64,000 nt of DNA from an uncultured delta proteobacterium (GTDB taxonomy: Bacteria > Desulfobacterota > Desulfobacteria > Desulfobacterales > JAFDCJ01): the NCBI GenBank assembly GCA_963769935.1, contig CAVYNY010000010.1, positions 224,001-288,000 of the forward strand, in the 5' to 3' direction. Position 1 is the stretch's first letter. Each line of letters opens with the position of its first letter. The translations under genes and the position numbers were made by a program. A model generated the notes under the pieces. That model saw nothing but the letters and a program-made list of their open reading frames with translations, was not told where the DNA came from and did not search any database. Below are positions 30,821 through 40,731 of the stretch, piece by piece.

Positions 30821-32131
30821 CTAGTACAGGAGGCTGGGCAGCCACAGTATGATTTCCGGGAAGAACATGACCAGAACCACCCCAAAAATCTGCAGGCACA
30901 TGAAAGGGGCCGCAGACTTCCAGATATCCGTCGTTGAGATCTCGGGCGGTGCCACCCCCTTTAAATAGAAAAGCGCATAACCGAAAGGCGGCGAAAGAAA
31001 GGAAATCTGCAAATTGGTGGCAAAGAGCACGCCGAACCAAACCGGATCAAAACCCAGGTGCCGCACAATGGGACCGAAAATGGGGACACACAGCATGATG
31101 ATGCCGACCCAGTCAATGAAACATCCCAGGAACATCAGAATAAACTGCATGACAATGATGATGCCCCATCTTCCCAAACCGGAGCCTAGCAGCATCTGGG
31201 TCACAAATTCGCCGCCGCCCACCATGACGTATAAACCCACAAATATATTGGCGCCAAAAATGGTCCACATAACCATGGCCGAAGATTTAAGCGTATTTTC
31301 AGCGGCCTGCACGACGCCTTTCCATTTCAGCTTGCCCTGTATGGCGGTCATTATGATAGCACCGGCGGCTCCCACGCCGGCCGCCTCGGTGGGCGCCGCG
31401 ATACCGGTAAATATGGTGCCCAGCACCAGAAATATGAGAATGGCAGGCGCGACGATCCGCGCCAGGAGTTTCAGTCTGGCCTTAAGGGGCAGGCGATCTT
31501 CCGGCGGAACCGGCGGCCCCAGGGTGGGATTAATATAACATCGGATCGTAACATAAGCTATGAACAACGACGACAGCATTATCCCGGGCATAATGGCCCC
31601 GGCATAAAGCTGGCCGATGGAGCTGTTATCCACCAGGCCGTAGACGATCAGCATGACGCTGGGAGGAATCAGGATTCCCAGCGTGCCGCCGGCCAAGATG
31701 GAGCCGCAGGCAATATATTTGTCATATTGTCGCCTGAGCATTTGCGGCAGTGCGATAACGCCCATGGTAACTTCGCTGGCGCCGATGACGCCCACCATGG
31801 CCGCCAGCATCGTACAGGCCATTACCGTCGCTGTTGCCACGCCGCCTTTAATGGCCCCCATCCACTGGTATACCAGTTCATAGAGCTCCTCGATAATACC
31901 CGATCTTTCCAGAATGCAGGCCATGAAGATAAACAGGGGGATGGCTGCCAGCAGATAATTCATCATAAGCCCGAAAATTCTGGTGGAAACCAGGTTTACA
32001 GCGGCCGGGCCCTGAAGCAGGGCGGTAAAAATCACGCCCACCGAGCCGCAGGCAAATGCCACGGGCAGTCCCAGTCCCAACAGGAAGAACAAGGATCCGA
32101 ACATCAATACGGTAATCCATTCAATACTCAT
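30821..32131 (-). CDS. dctM: TRAP transporter large permease
   Basis: LAAIPLFIFM, GTLGILIPPS, PTEAAGVG and SFLSPPFG motifs. Confidence 0.93.
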   Translation of the reverse strand: MSIEWITVLMFGSLFFLLGLGLPVAFACGSVGVIFTALLQGPAAVNLVSTRIFGLMMNYLLAAIPLFIFMACILERSGIIEELYELVYQWMGAIKGGVATATVMACTMLAAMVGVIGASEVTMGVIALPQMLRRQYDKYIACGSILAGGTLGILIPPSVMLIVYGLVDNSSIGQLYAGAIMPGIMLSSLFIAYVTIRCYINPTLGPPVPPEDRLPLKARLKLLARIVAPAILIFLVLGTIFTGIAAPTEAAGVGAAGAIIMTAIQGKLKWKGVVQAAENTLKSSAMVMWTIFGANIFVGLYVMVGGGEFVTQMLLGSGLGRWGIIIVMQFILMFLGCFIDWVGIIMLCVPIFGPIVRHLGFDPVWFGVLFATNLQISFLSPPFGYALFYLKGVAPPEISTTDIWKSAAPFMCLQIFGVVLVMFFPEIILWLPSLLY

Positions 32132-32676
32132 GTCATTTCCCTCCCTGTTATCGCTACATGTAAATCCCGAATCCACCAGACGATACCCTGCAGTAACAGC
32201 ATCAGAGCCCCGAACGGCATCATGAATTTAACCGGATAATAGGGAGGGGACCAGTCGGTCAGAGACAGTTCTCCCGGAACCGTTATGCCCAGGAAGGTTC
32301 CGCCCCCATGCATGGTTTGAGAACTCCAGTAAAAGGTCCAGCAGGTCCAGAGCAGCACCCCGTTGAAAATAAAGAAAAAAATGCTGGTGAAAAGATCCAG
32401 AAAGGCCCGTGTCCTTCTTGAACGGGTGGCATAGAAGACGTCCACCCTCACATGCGCGCGGTGATAGTGACAATAACCCGCTACAAACATGTACTGAATG
32501 GCAAATAAAATGGTCATGGTTTCATGACCCCAGTTGGTCGGCAATCCGAAAACATAGCGCATCACAACTTCAAATGTGATCACTGAAACCGCCGCCAGTG
32601 TTACCCCGACCATCATCTTGCCGATAAAGATGTTGGTTTTCTCGATGGCGATCATGAATTTTCTCAAACGTTTCAT
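32128..32676 (-). CDS. dctQ: TRAP transporter small permease
   Basis: EVVMRYVF and HVRVDVF motifs, 4 TM; overlaps the dctM start by 4 bp. Confidence 0.92.
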   Translation of the reverse strand: MKRLRKFMIAIEKTNIFIGKMMVGVTLAAVSVITFEVVMRYVFGLPTNWGHETMTILFAIQYMFVAGYCHYHRAHVRVDVFYATRSRRTRAFLDLFTSIFFFIFNGVLLWTCWTFYWSSQTMHGGGTFLGITVPGELSLTDWSPPYYPVKFMMPFGALMLLLQGIVWWIRDLHVAITGREMT

Positions 32677-32767
32677 GGAATATCCTCACACTGCCCGAAA
32701 TTCCGATATCAAGTGCCTTAGGAATCCATTCCATTTCTGGATTCAGAACTGGAATATCTCCCCCCTA

Positions 32768-32804
32768 TAAAAAGATAGGGAAGGGATGCGAGCACCCCTT
32801 CCCG
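32768..32804 (-). terminator. Terminator/stabilising hairpin after dctP
   Basis: GGGAAGGG...CCCTTCCC stem followed by a T-rich tract on the minus strand. Confidence 0.55.
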
Positions 32805-32816
32805 TTAAAATTCGAA

Positions 32817-33968
32817 TTAAAATTCCAGTTTTTTACCGTCGTAATCGACCATATCCGCATCTGTAATATAGTCCATCTTGACGGATTTCATGTATGCCAG
32901 CTGGGACTTGAAGGCCTTCATCGCCCGCGGCGACTTCTTGGCCCACTTGACCCACATCGCCGGCGCAAACCGCCGGAACTTGGCAATGTCTTCTTCGGTC
33001 AGGCGGATGACCTCCACGCCCTGTTCTTTCTGAAACTTTTCAAAGGCCACGATATCGGCCGCCTGAATCGCCGTGTATTGGTCCCTGGAATGTTCGACCA
33101 TGGCCGCTTCCAGCAGCGCCTGCAGATGCGGCGGAATTTTCTTCCAGGAATTCATATTGATGGCAATTCCCATCAGGTCGACGGGCTGATGCAGGCACGG
33201 CGTCGACGGCGGACCCATGATGATGTACTTGGCGATTTCGCCGAATCCCAGGTTGTAGTTGATGGCGGCCCCCACGTAGTCGGCACCGTCGATAACGCCT
33301 TTTTCCAGGGCCGGGTAGACCTCGCCGCCCGGCAGCAGTACCGTGGCCACACCGGCGGCCCGGTAAATATCGGCGATGATACCGCCCGGGTAGCGGATCT
33401 TTTTGCCCTTGAAATCCTCAAAGTGCCGGATCGGCACCTTGGAGTGGATCAGGTTGTCGTCGTGCTGGATGGGGCCGATCCAGTACATGTTTTGTTCGCC
33501 ATAGGCCTCGCGGGCAAGTTCTTTGCCGCCCAGCACGGTATACCAGGTATCCCATTGATCCGGCCGGTCCATCCCAAAGGGATAGGACGACAGAAAGGTT
33601 GCCACCGGAATCTTGCCCGGCCAGTAAACCTCGAAGCAGTGCATGGAGTCGAAAACACCGGCCTTGACGGCATCAAACATCTCGAACGTGCCCACGATGG
33701 CGCCGGCCGGAAACCCCTCGACTACCAGTTTGCCCTCGGTCATATTGCCGACATTGGCACAAAACTCCTTGAATTTCGTAAAACCCAGGGTCCCGGCATC
33801 CCAGGCCGTCTGCATCTTGATGGTAATGGTTTCGGCAGCCGAAAGACGCATCACGGCCGGAAAACCGATCGAGCCTGCGGCAGCGCCGGCCACGGCGGCT
33901 GTCTTCAGGAATTTCCGGCGGGACAGTTTCTGGTTCTTTGTCTTGTCTTGCTTTACTTTTTCTGACAT
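32817..33968 (-). CDS. dctP: TRAP substrate-binding protein with Tat signal (TakP-like, 2-oxo/2-hydroxy monocarboxylate type)
   Basis: SRRKFLK Tat motif; KMQTAW, YWPGK, KIRYPGG and EVYPALEKGVID motifs. Confidence 0.9.
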   Translation of the reverse strand: MSEKVKQDKTKNQKLSRRKFLKTAAVAGAAAGSIGFPAVMRLSAAETITIKMQTAWDAGTLGFTKFKEFCANVGNMTEGKLVVEGFPAGAIVGTFEMFDAVKAGVFDSMHCFEVYWPGKIPVATFLSSYPFGMDRPDQWDTWYTVLGGKELAREAYGEQNMYWIGPIQHDDNLIHSKVPIRHFEDFKGKKIRYPGGIIADIYRAAGVATVLLPGGEVYPALEKGVIDGADYVGAAINYNLGFGEIAKYIIMGPPSTPCLHQPVDLMGIAINMNSWKKIPPHLQALLEAAMVEHSRDQYTAIQAADIVAFEKFQKEQGVEVIRLTEEDIAKFRRFAPAMWVKWAKKSPRAMKAFKSQLAYMKSVKMDYITDADMVDYDGKKLEF

Positions 33969-34117
33969 TAGCTACCTCCTTGGCACAATAGGGTTTAGAG
34001 AATTTTTCGGACCTTAGCAATGCTCGCAACCGTGGTCCTTTCCACTATAAAACGCGATCGCCTGCGATTGATCTATGCCCTGAATCCAAACAGGAAGATG
34101 ACGCATTTAGACCAATA

Positions 34118-34132
34118 TTCCACAATATGGAA
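34118..34132. promoter_or_regulatory. IclR-type operator TTCCACAATATGGAA upstream of dctP
   Basis: Exact reverse complement of the site at 34390-34404. Confidence 0.7.
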
Positions 34133-34389
34133 CACGATTCTACATTTTCGTCCGCACGTGTAGCAGATGAAACATTTCTGTGTCAAGCAAAATTTATTTT
34201 TTCCGTTATTCCTTTTAAGGTAGAAGCCCGCAGCTACAGCATCTGTTCAAACAATGGTGGATCCAAACAGGGATATCCATCCTTGAACACTGCTGCCGTC
34301 AACCGTCCGGCTGCCGGACTGCCATTTAACGAAAGTTGCTTGACAGCGCTTTGAGGATGCGGTAGGTAGCTCCATATTATAAAAACGAA

Positions 34390-34404
34390 TTCCATATTGT
34401 GGAA
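34390..34404. promoter_or_regulatory. IclR-type operator TTCCATATTGTGGAA just before the iclR start
   Basis: 15-bp imperfect palindrome 5 bp upstream of the ATG. Confidence 0.7.
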
Positions 34405-34409
34405 CATCC

Positions 34410-35168
34410 ATGAAATCACTTTTGAAGGCAATCGATACCATTGAGGCCGTTGGGCGGGCAGGGAGCGTGGGAATTCGTGAGCTCTCGTCAATGACCGGCT
34501 TTCCTCCGTCGACCATCCATCGAATCGTCGCTACCCTGATGGCAAAGCATTACTTGCGCCAGGATCCTTTTACCAAACGCTATTCACTTTCATTCCGGTT
34601 TTTAGAACTCGGTTCCCAGGTCCAAAAACAGTTTCATCTGGTCTCCATCGCACGGCCTCATTTGGAGGGGCTTATGGCTGATGCGAAGGAAAGCGTCAAT
34701 CTCGCTGTTCAGGACGGAGACGGCGTCGTATACCTGGATTGCGTGCAAAGCAACTATTCCATGCTTCAGCTATTCACCAAACCGGGGGCCCGGGTGCCGC
34801 TATATGCCACAGCGGTAGGTAAAATGTTTCTCAGCCAGATGACGGAATCCGACCTCAATGGGTATCTGGATCGGACCCGCCTCACCCTCAATACCCCGTA
34901 TACTCGCATTGAACCCGGTGAAATCATCGAAGATCTGAAACAGATCCGGCTCCAGGGATATTCGGTAGACGATGAGGAAATGGAAGAAGGCGTGCGGTGT
35001 GTGGCGGCGCTCATCTACGACCACACCAAAAAACCCGCCGCAGCCATTTCAATTTCCGGCGCTTCCATGCGGGTTGCCCCCGCCCGGATATCGTATTTTG
35101 GAGAGTTAACCAAATCCTGCGCTGCTGCCATATCCAGCGAACTGGGATTTAATCACAGCATCAAATGA
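34410..35168 (+). CDS. IclR-family transcriptional regulator
   Basis: HTH ...STIHRIVATL; PLYATAVGK and GYSVDDEEMEEGVRCVA motifs. Confidence 0.94.
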   Translation: MKSLLKAIDTIEAVGRAGSVGIRELSSMTGFPPSTIHRIVATLMAKHYLRQDPFTKRYSLSFRFLELGSQVQKQFHLVSIARPHLEGLMADAKESVNLAVQDGDGVVYLDCVQSNYSMLQLFTKPGARVPLYATAVGKMFLSQMTESDLNGYLDRTRLTLNTPYTRIEPGEIIEDLKQIRLQGYSVDDEEMEEGVRCVAALIYDHTKKPAAAISISGASMRVAPARISYFGELTKSCAAAISSELGFNHSIK

Positions 35169-35436
35169 CCCGCCTCTAAAAATTGTTTATTAAGATGATT
35201 CCTGTTTACCGGTTGACTTTTGGGCCGCGATAATTTAGTTTGCTGACCCGTCTCATATTATATTGATGTTTTTAAAAGGAGCAAGAGAAAAAGGTTAATG
35301 CCCTCCCCTGCAGCGCCCTTAAAGGAATATCCTCTGAAATCAGGCATGCAAATCAAAAAGCGATGCCTTATGTTGTTGGGCGTCTAGGACGCTAAGCCAT
35401 TAATATCAAACCAAATAGATCTCTTTAAGTTGACAA

Positions 35437-36549
35437 ATGGCGGACCCGGCCGATAAAAATTCCATGCATAATGATTACAAAGCGCCGCAGTTGTGGGGTT
35501 GGCCCACCTATTTGAGCATTTTTATCGCGGTTGTAATTCTGGTATTCGCTGCAACCATGGTGAATCTCAAAGAAATCTGGCACGAAATCGAAAATTGCGA
35601 CAAGCGCTTAGTCCTGTGCGGGGCCCTGGCGCATTACGCGACCTATTTGATGCGCGGCATGCGCTGGCGGTGCTGCCTGACCCATTTGCCGGTGAAAGCC
35701 GGGACTGCTAAATTCGGCCTGCTCGTATTTTTTTATAATTTTGTGGACAATCTGGTACCTGCCAAACTGGGCGATGTATACGCCGCGCACCTGGCCCGCA
35801 TCAACTTCAAAATCCGGCGATCGGCAGCTTTAGGTTCGATCGTATTTTTGCGCATGATTGATGCATGGATCATTCTATTGCTGGCGACAATGGCATCCTG
35901 GGCACTGTTTGCCGACCGGCTTCCCGGCGCAGTCCTCTGGAGCCTGATCGGCGGTGCAATTATAGCCGTGGGGGCGACGTCCATCATGCTGGTGTTTTTC
36001 TTATTCAAAAAGAAACTTCCCGCCTGGCTACCCGAAAAAATTCAGCAGATGATTCAATCCTTTCACACCGGTATGTGGCCCAGACCCAAACAATTATTCC
36101 CGATCGCCGTTCTAACACTAATTATCTGGGCGCTGGAGACGGTCTGGATTCTCTCGCTGGCTCTGGCTTTTGACCTGCACATCGGTGCGGTTGAAGCTGT
36201 TTTTCTGACGATGATACCGCTGCTGGCCTCGGGCTTTCCGTTCACGCCCTCCGGGGCCGGTGTCGTGGAAATCACCCTTTTCAGCTGTTTGCGGGTGATG
36301 GGAATATCATCACCGGTTGCCGGCTCGTTGACAGTCGTCAATCGATTCATAGACTACTGGCTTCACATTGCACTGGGAGTGGTGATTTGGGCCGTCAGGC
36401 GTGTAATTGGCCTGCGAACCTGGCGCGACGTCCCCCTTACGGATTTGAAAAAAAACGGTTCGACTGAAATTCCTTTAACCTTGAATCCCGCCTGCAGCGG
36501 GAAACCCTGCCTCCGGCCGGATGGCCGACGGCCCGGAGGGAACCTTTGA
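35437..36549 (+). CDS. Lysylphosphatidylglycerol-synthase TM domain / flippase-like protein
   Basis: RGMRW, NLVPAKLGD and PFTPSGAGVVE motifs; multi-TM. Confidence 0.82.
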   Translation: MADPADKNSMHNDYKAPQLWGWPTYLSIFIAVVILVFAATMVNLKEIWHEIENCDKRLVLCGALAHYATYLMRGMRWRCCLTHLPVKAGTAKFGLLVFFYNFVDNLVPAKLGDVYAAHLARINFKIRRSAALGSIVFLRMIDAWIILLLATMASWALFADRLPGAVLWSLIGGAIIAVGATSIMLVFFLFKKKLPAWLPEKIQQMIQSFHTGMWPRPKQLFPIAVLTLIIWALETVWILSLALAFDLHIGAVEAVFLTMIPLLASGFPFTPSGAGVVEITLFSCLRVMGISSPVAGSLTVVNRFIDYWLHIALGVVIWAVRRVIGLRTWRDVPLTDLKKNGSTEIPLTLNPACSGKPCLRPDGRRPGGNL

Positions 36550-36574
36550 ACCCTAAAACACGAGGAAACATCGC

Positions 36575-37837
36575 ATGGCACTCATCGGATCGATACCCCG
36601 CAGGTGCGTGAATCTTCCGCCGGGAAGCTTAAAGACCCTGGCAAGTTGTGTAATCGGTCAAAAAGTGCAACACGGTTCGGCAATTGAGGAATTCTCCCGG
36701 AAGTTCGCCGATTGGCTCGGGGCATCCCACGTATTCGGTACATCTTCGGGCCGCTCGGCGTTTCAGCTTGCCCTGGAAGCATTAGGGATAGAAAAGGGTG
36801 CCGAAATCATTTTCCCGGTTTTCACTTTTCCGGTAATGCCCCTGGTGGCAAAGCTGCTCGGTTATCGGCCGGTATTTTGCGAAGTTGATCCCAAAACCTA
36901 CAATTCCGGTCCCGAACACATTGCCCCCAAAATTACCGACAGAACGGGTGCCGTCCTGGCCACGCATCTTTTCGGTCAGCCCTGTCCCATCGGTCAGATA
37001 GCGGATCTGACCCGTCAGCGCAATATTCGCCTCTTGGAGGACTGCGCCCATGCCTGCGGAGTCAGGGTCGCCGGCAGGCAGGTCGGCACTTTCGGCGACA
37101 TAGGCGTTTTCAGTTTTGCCGAAGGTAAAAATATGCCCTGCCTCGGCGGAGGAGCAATAGCAACCTCCGATGATGAGATAGCTGCCAGAGCCGCACAAAT
37201 ATTGAATGAGACTCCCCTGCCGGCCAAAGATGCGATTACAAGAAAGGCTTTCTCGGTCTGGCTCAAATGGCTTTTGACGCGCCCAATTGTCTTCGGTCTT
37301 ACGGCATACCCGGCTTTGCGGTTGAAGCTGATAATGGGGCAGCCGCTGATGGATTCCGCGGTCGGTGATGAGCTGCTCGAAGAGTTTGAAAACTCCAACC
37401 CGCAGATCAGACCTTTGTCTAATCTGCAGGCCGCCATCGGATTGCTCCAGCTCAATCATATCGATGCGTTTAATGAAGGCGCCCGTCGCAACGCCGCAAT
37501 CCTGACAAAAATGCTGCATGACGTGCCGGGTATTGAAGCGCCGGCTGTGGTCGAGGGGGACCATATTTACGTCTACTATCCCCTGACGGTGGATCCGTCA
37601 AAACGCGATGATCTGCGACACCATCTATTAAAACATGGATTCGATACCAAAACCTCCGATATGTCGGATTGTACGGCCCTTGCGCCTTTCAAGAAAACCG
37701 CAGCAACCGGCAATGATCAAGGTCCGCCGAAAGAAGCTTCCATTCTGGAAATCTGTGTGTATCCGGTAATCCCGGAATCCGAAATGCGCCGGTTGGGCAA
37801 CACCGTCCGAGGCTGGGCGGGGTTGACGGCAAAATAG
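36575..37837 (+). CDS. DegT/DnrJ/EryC1/StrS-family PLP aminotransferase
   Basis: SSGRSA, THLFGQP, EDCAHACG and FSFAEGKN motifs. Confidence 0.9.
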   Translation: MALIGSIPRRCVNLPPGSLKTLASCVIGQKVQHGSAIEEFSRKFADWLGASHVFGTSSGRSAFQLALEALGIEKGAEIIFPVFTFPVMPLVAKLLGYRPVFCEVDPKTYNSGPEHIAPKITDRTGAVLATHLFGQPCPIGQIADLTRQRNIRLLEDCAHACGVRVAGRQVGTFGDIGVFSFAEGKNMPCLGGGAIATSDDEIAARAAQILNETPLPAKDAITRKAFSVWLKWLLTRPIVFGLTAYPALRLKLIMGQPLMDSAVGDELLEEFENSNPQIRPLSNLQAAIGLLQLNHIDAFNEGARRNAAILTKMLHDVPGIEAPAVVEGDHIYVYYPLTVDPSKRDDLRHHLLKHGFDTKTSDMSDCTALAPFKKTAATGNDQGPPKEASILEICVYPVIPESEMRRLGNTVRGWAGLTAK

Positions 37838-37988
37838 TCAGCGTCAGATCCCCCCGGACACCCGTGGCATATTTACCGACGACGTGTTAAATGGACTTGA
37901 TTGAATATTTTCGATTGAATATTGAATATTTAAGGTATTCTTTCTATTATAAAAATCGATCTAAAATGGTGAAAGAAACTATAATCTC

Positions 37989-38672
37989 ATGACAATTCTA
38001 GATAACATCCAAATTCAGTTAGACCTTGAGGCAGTTCGTAGGAGGCTTCATCTGAAGCGGGATAACGACTTGAAAGTTCTTCAGGACCTGGTAGCTATTG
38101 CGCAGCCCCTGGTTGAGCCCAAAGTGCTCTATAAAGTCTGCTTTATTGAAGAAAAGCGCGAGCAGGGCGTCATTATTGAGAGTCTGTACTTTAGCAGCAA
38201 GGTATTACGTAAAAACCTGGATAAAATAGAACGCGTTTTTCCGTTTGTGATTACCATCGGAAGCAGATTCAGTGAGCAACTTGAAGCCTGCAGCGATTTA
38301 CTGGAAAAATTTTATCTTGATACGATCGGCAATGTCGCTTTGAACCAGGTGCGGCTGGAGTTAAAAAATCATCTAAAATCTGATTATGCTATTGAAAAAA
38401 CCGCTTTCATGGCCCCCGGCTCCCTGCCGGACTGGCCGATAAACGAGCAAATGCCTCTCTTTAAACTTCTCGGGGATGTGGAGGCGTCCGTCGGAGTCAA
38501 ATTAACGGAAAGCCTCTTGATGCTTCCGGCCAAGTCCGTATCCGGAATATATTTCCCCACCGAAACGTCTTTTTTCAGCTGTCAACTGTGCCCGCGCGAA
38601 CGCTGCGATTCACGCAAAGCAGGATACAACGAGAAACTGGCCCAAGAATACGGAATTAAAAAGTTAGGATAA
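37989..38672 (+). CDS. B12-dependent methionine synthase activation-domain-like protein
   Basis: FVITIG, MAPGSLPDW, LMLPAKSVSG and C-terminal CQLCPRERCDSRKA. Confidence 0.8.
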   Translation: MTILDNIQIQLDLEAVRRRLHLKRDNDLKVLQDLVAIAQPLVEPKVLYKVCFIEEKREQGVIIESLYFSSKVLRKNLDKIERVFPFVITIGSRFSEQLEACSDLLEKFYLDTIGNVALNQVRLELKNHLKSDYAIEKTAFMAPGSLPDWPINEQMPLFKLLGDVEASVGVKLTESLLMLPAKSVSGIYFPTETSFFSCQLCPRERCDSRKAGYNEKLAQEYGIKKLG

Positions 38673-38676
38673 CCCT

Positions 38677-38884
38677 AGTTTGAAACTACATTTAGTTTCT
38701 TCCACGATCAGACTGGACGCTCGCGGCCAGAGGCGGCGCTTATATGAAACTTCATCAGTTTCTTTTTTGATCCGACCGACCATTTGGCCGGCGGCTGGGC
38801 CGAACTGTGAACCCTGCTTGTGGGGTCGACTTGGGGAGCCGGAGCCCGAAGGACGGAACCCCACGGAGCCCAAGCCTCTGAACT
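38677..38884. repeat. Intergenic REP-like composite repeat
   Basis: Two related units TGAAACT...GTTTC...GATC(A/C)GAC...GGCC..(A/C)GGC followed by a GC-rich hairpin segment. Confidence 0.5.
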
Positions 38885-38885
38885 C

Positions 38886-40133
38886 ATGATAAATAACTTG
38901 TCCAACCGCTGGCTGATTTTTGCGCTGGCCGCATCCCTTTTTCTTCTCTCTCAATTTTATCGGGTCTCCAATGCCGTTATCGCCCCCAGGTTGATTGCGG
39001 ATCTGTCCCTGGACACAGAGGCGATCGGTTTGATGTCGGCCTCCTTTTTCTACGCCTTTGCGCTCACTCAAGTACCCATCAGTCTGTTGCTTGATAAACT
39101 CGGACCCCGAAGCATGATGACCGTTCTCTCGGCGATAGGCGTGTTCGGCGCGGTTATCTTTTCCTGGGCGGATTCATTGGCGATGGGGGTGGCGGGACGT
39201 GTTCTGCTTGGGGTGGGCATGGCCTGCAATCTAATGGGATCATACAAACTTTTAACTATGTGGTTCAGCCCGCGGGCCTTTGGCTCCGTGGCGGGAATCT
39301 TGGCGGCGGTTGGAACCCTGGGGAATATGGTGGCCGCAACGCCCCTGGTGTTAATGGTCGAACAAATGGGCTGGCGTCCGAGCTTCCAACTGATTGCGAT
39401 AATCAACCTATTGCTGACAATATCCTTTTATATCATCGTGCGGGACCGACCCCGGCATCGTGCTTCCGATTCAGAATCTGCCGCCGCATCCATGAATATT
39501 AAGCAGGCCTGTGACAATTTGAAAAGCCTCTTCAAACAAAAAGAATATTGGATCATCTCATTTGCAACCTTTGCCCGCTATGGAATCTTTGCAGCTTTCC
39601 AGGCCCTGTGGGCCGGGCCTTATCTGATGGAAGTCATCGGTCTTTCTGCTCTGGCTACCGGCAATCTCATTCTGCTTTTAAATGTGGGCATGATTTTAGG
39701 CTCACCGTTCTGGGGCGCATTGTCCGACCGGCTGTTTAAAACGCGCAAGTGGGTGATTGTTGCCGGCTGCCTCGGCACAGCCATGTCCGTTATTTTCCTG
39801 GCGGCAATATCGACCCAAACACCCTTCTCCGTGCTGGCCCTTCTTTTTTTCTGCTTCGGCTTTTTTAATGCCACCGGCTTATTAATGTATCCCCACATCA
39901 AAGAGCTGATGCCTTCAGAGATGTCGGGCGCCGCCATGACCGGCATTAACTTTTTTACCATGATCGGGCCGGCCGTTTTTTTACAGGGATTGGGAACGCT
40001 GATGCAGACGCTTTATCCGGAAGCTTCCCGGGGACCGAATGCTTTCAAGGCCGTGTTTGTAGTTTGTCTTTTTTTCCTGCTGATGGTGGCGCTATTATAT
40101 AGTTTTACAGGAGAAAAACGTTTGGAAGGTTGA
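38886..40133 (+). CDS. MFS transporter
   Basis: SQFYRVSNAVIA, LLDKLGPR and LSDRL motifs; about 12 TM. Confidence 0.9.
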   Translation: MINNLSNRWLIFALAASLFLLSQFYRVSNAVIAPRLIADLSLDTEAIGLMSASFFYAFALTQVPISLLLDKLGPRSMMTVLSAIGVFGAVIFSWADSLAMGVAGRVLLGVGMACNLMGSYKLLTMWFSPRAFGSVAGILAAVGTLGNMVAATPLVLMVEQMGWRPSFQLIAIINLLLTISFYIIVRDRPRHRASDSESAAASMNIKQACDNLKSLFKQKEYWIISFATFARYGIFAAFQALWAGPYLMEVIGLSALATGNLILLLNVGMILGSPFWGALSDRLFKTRKWVIVAGCLGTAMSVIFLAAISTQTPFSVLALLFFCFGFFNATGLLMYPHIKELMPSEMSGAAMTGINFFTMIGPAVFLQGLGTLMQTLYPEASRGPNAFKAVFVVCLFFLLMVALLYSFTGEKRLEG

Positions 40134-40412
40134 GATCGTTAAGTTCGTTGGGATCGTTGAGACCGTTGTAATTGATTTGGGTAGGAATCGCTTGACTTGG
40201 TGAAGTTGAGTCGCCCCGCCGTGTCGATTATGCTTAAAACTCCGTCAACTGCAGGAATGGGCTGCCCCAAAAACAATTCACCCGTTCGAATGCTTACATT
40301 AATAACTTATTAATATAAAATATAAAAAATAGTTTCCAAAACGTTTCGATTCCAACCCGCAACAGTTGATATTTTGAAAAATTTCAAAGTTAGAAGGTTG
40401 TTGTAACGGACA

Positions 40413-40688
40413 TTATACGAACTCAATAGTAAGATCGGGAAATTCATTTTGAAATTCAGTTTCGAGCTTTTTGAGAATAGATGCTGAAAGTACCATGGCG
40501 ATTCCCGCGCAGGCTGAACATCTTGGTTGACGGCTCACAAAATCCGTAAAGATATAGAGCAAATCATGATCCTCGCTATAACGGACTTTTTTAACCAGTC
40601 CGAGTTGCGCGACGGACAGGTCGCTTTCGGGGTCTTTTACCCGGTCTAGAACCGATTCTATTTTTTCTTGCATCATGCGGTTCATCAT
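40413..40688 (-). CDS. DUF59/SufT-like metal-sulfur cluster assembly protein
   Basis: LDRVKDPE...SVAQLGLV pattern with a CxxC (CSAC). Confidence 0.7.
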   Translation of the reverse strand: MMNRMMQEKIESVLDRVKDPESDLSVAQLGLVKKVRYSEDHDLLYIFTDFVSRQPRCSACAGIAMVLSASILKKLETEFQNEFPDLTIEFV

Positions 40689-40731
40689 ATCTCGTTCCTT
40701 TTTGCTTTATCCTAATCGATATTATACCAAA

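Noticed and set aside
38677..38884. Possible CRISPR array among the intergenic repeats
   Set aside because: No identical 23-47 bp repeats with regular unique spacers and no cas genes anywhere in the window
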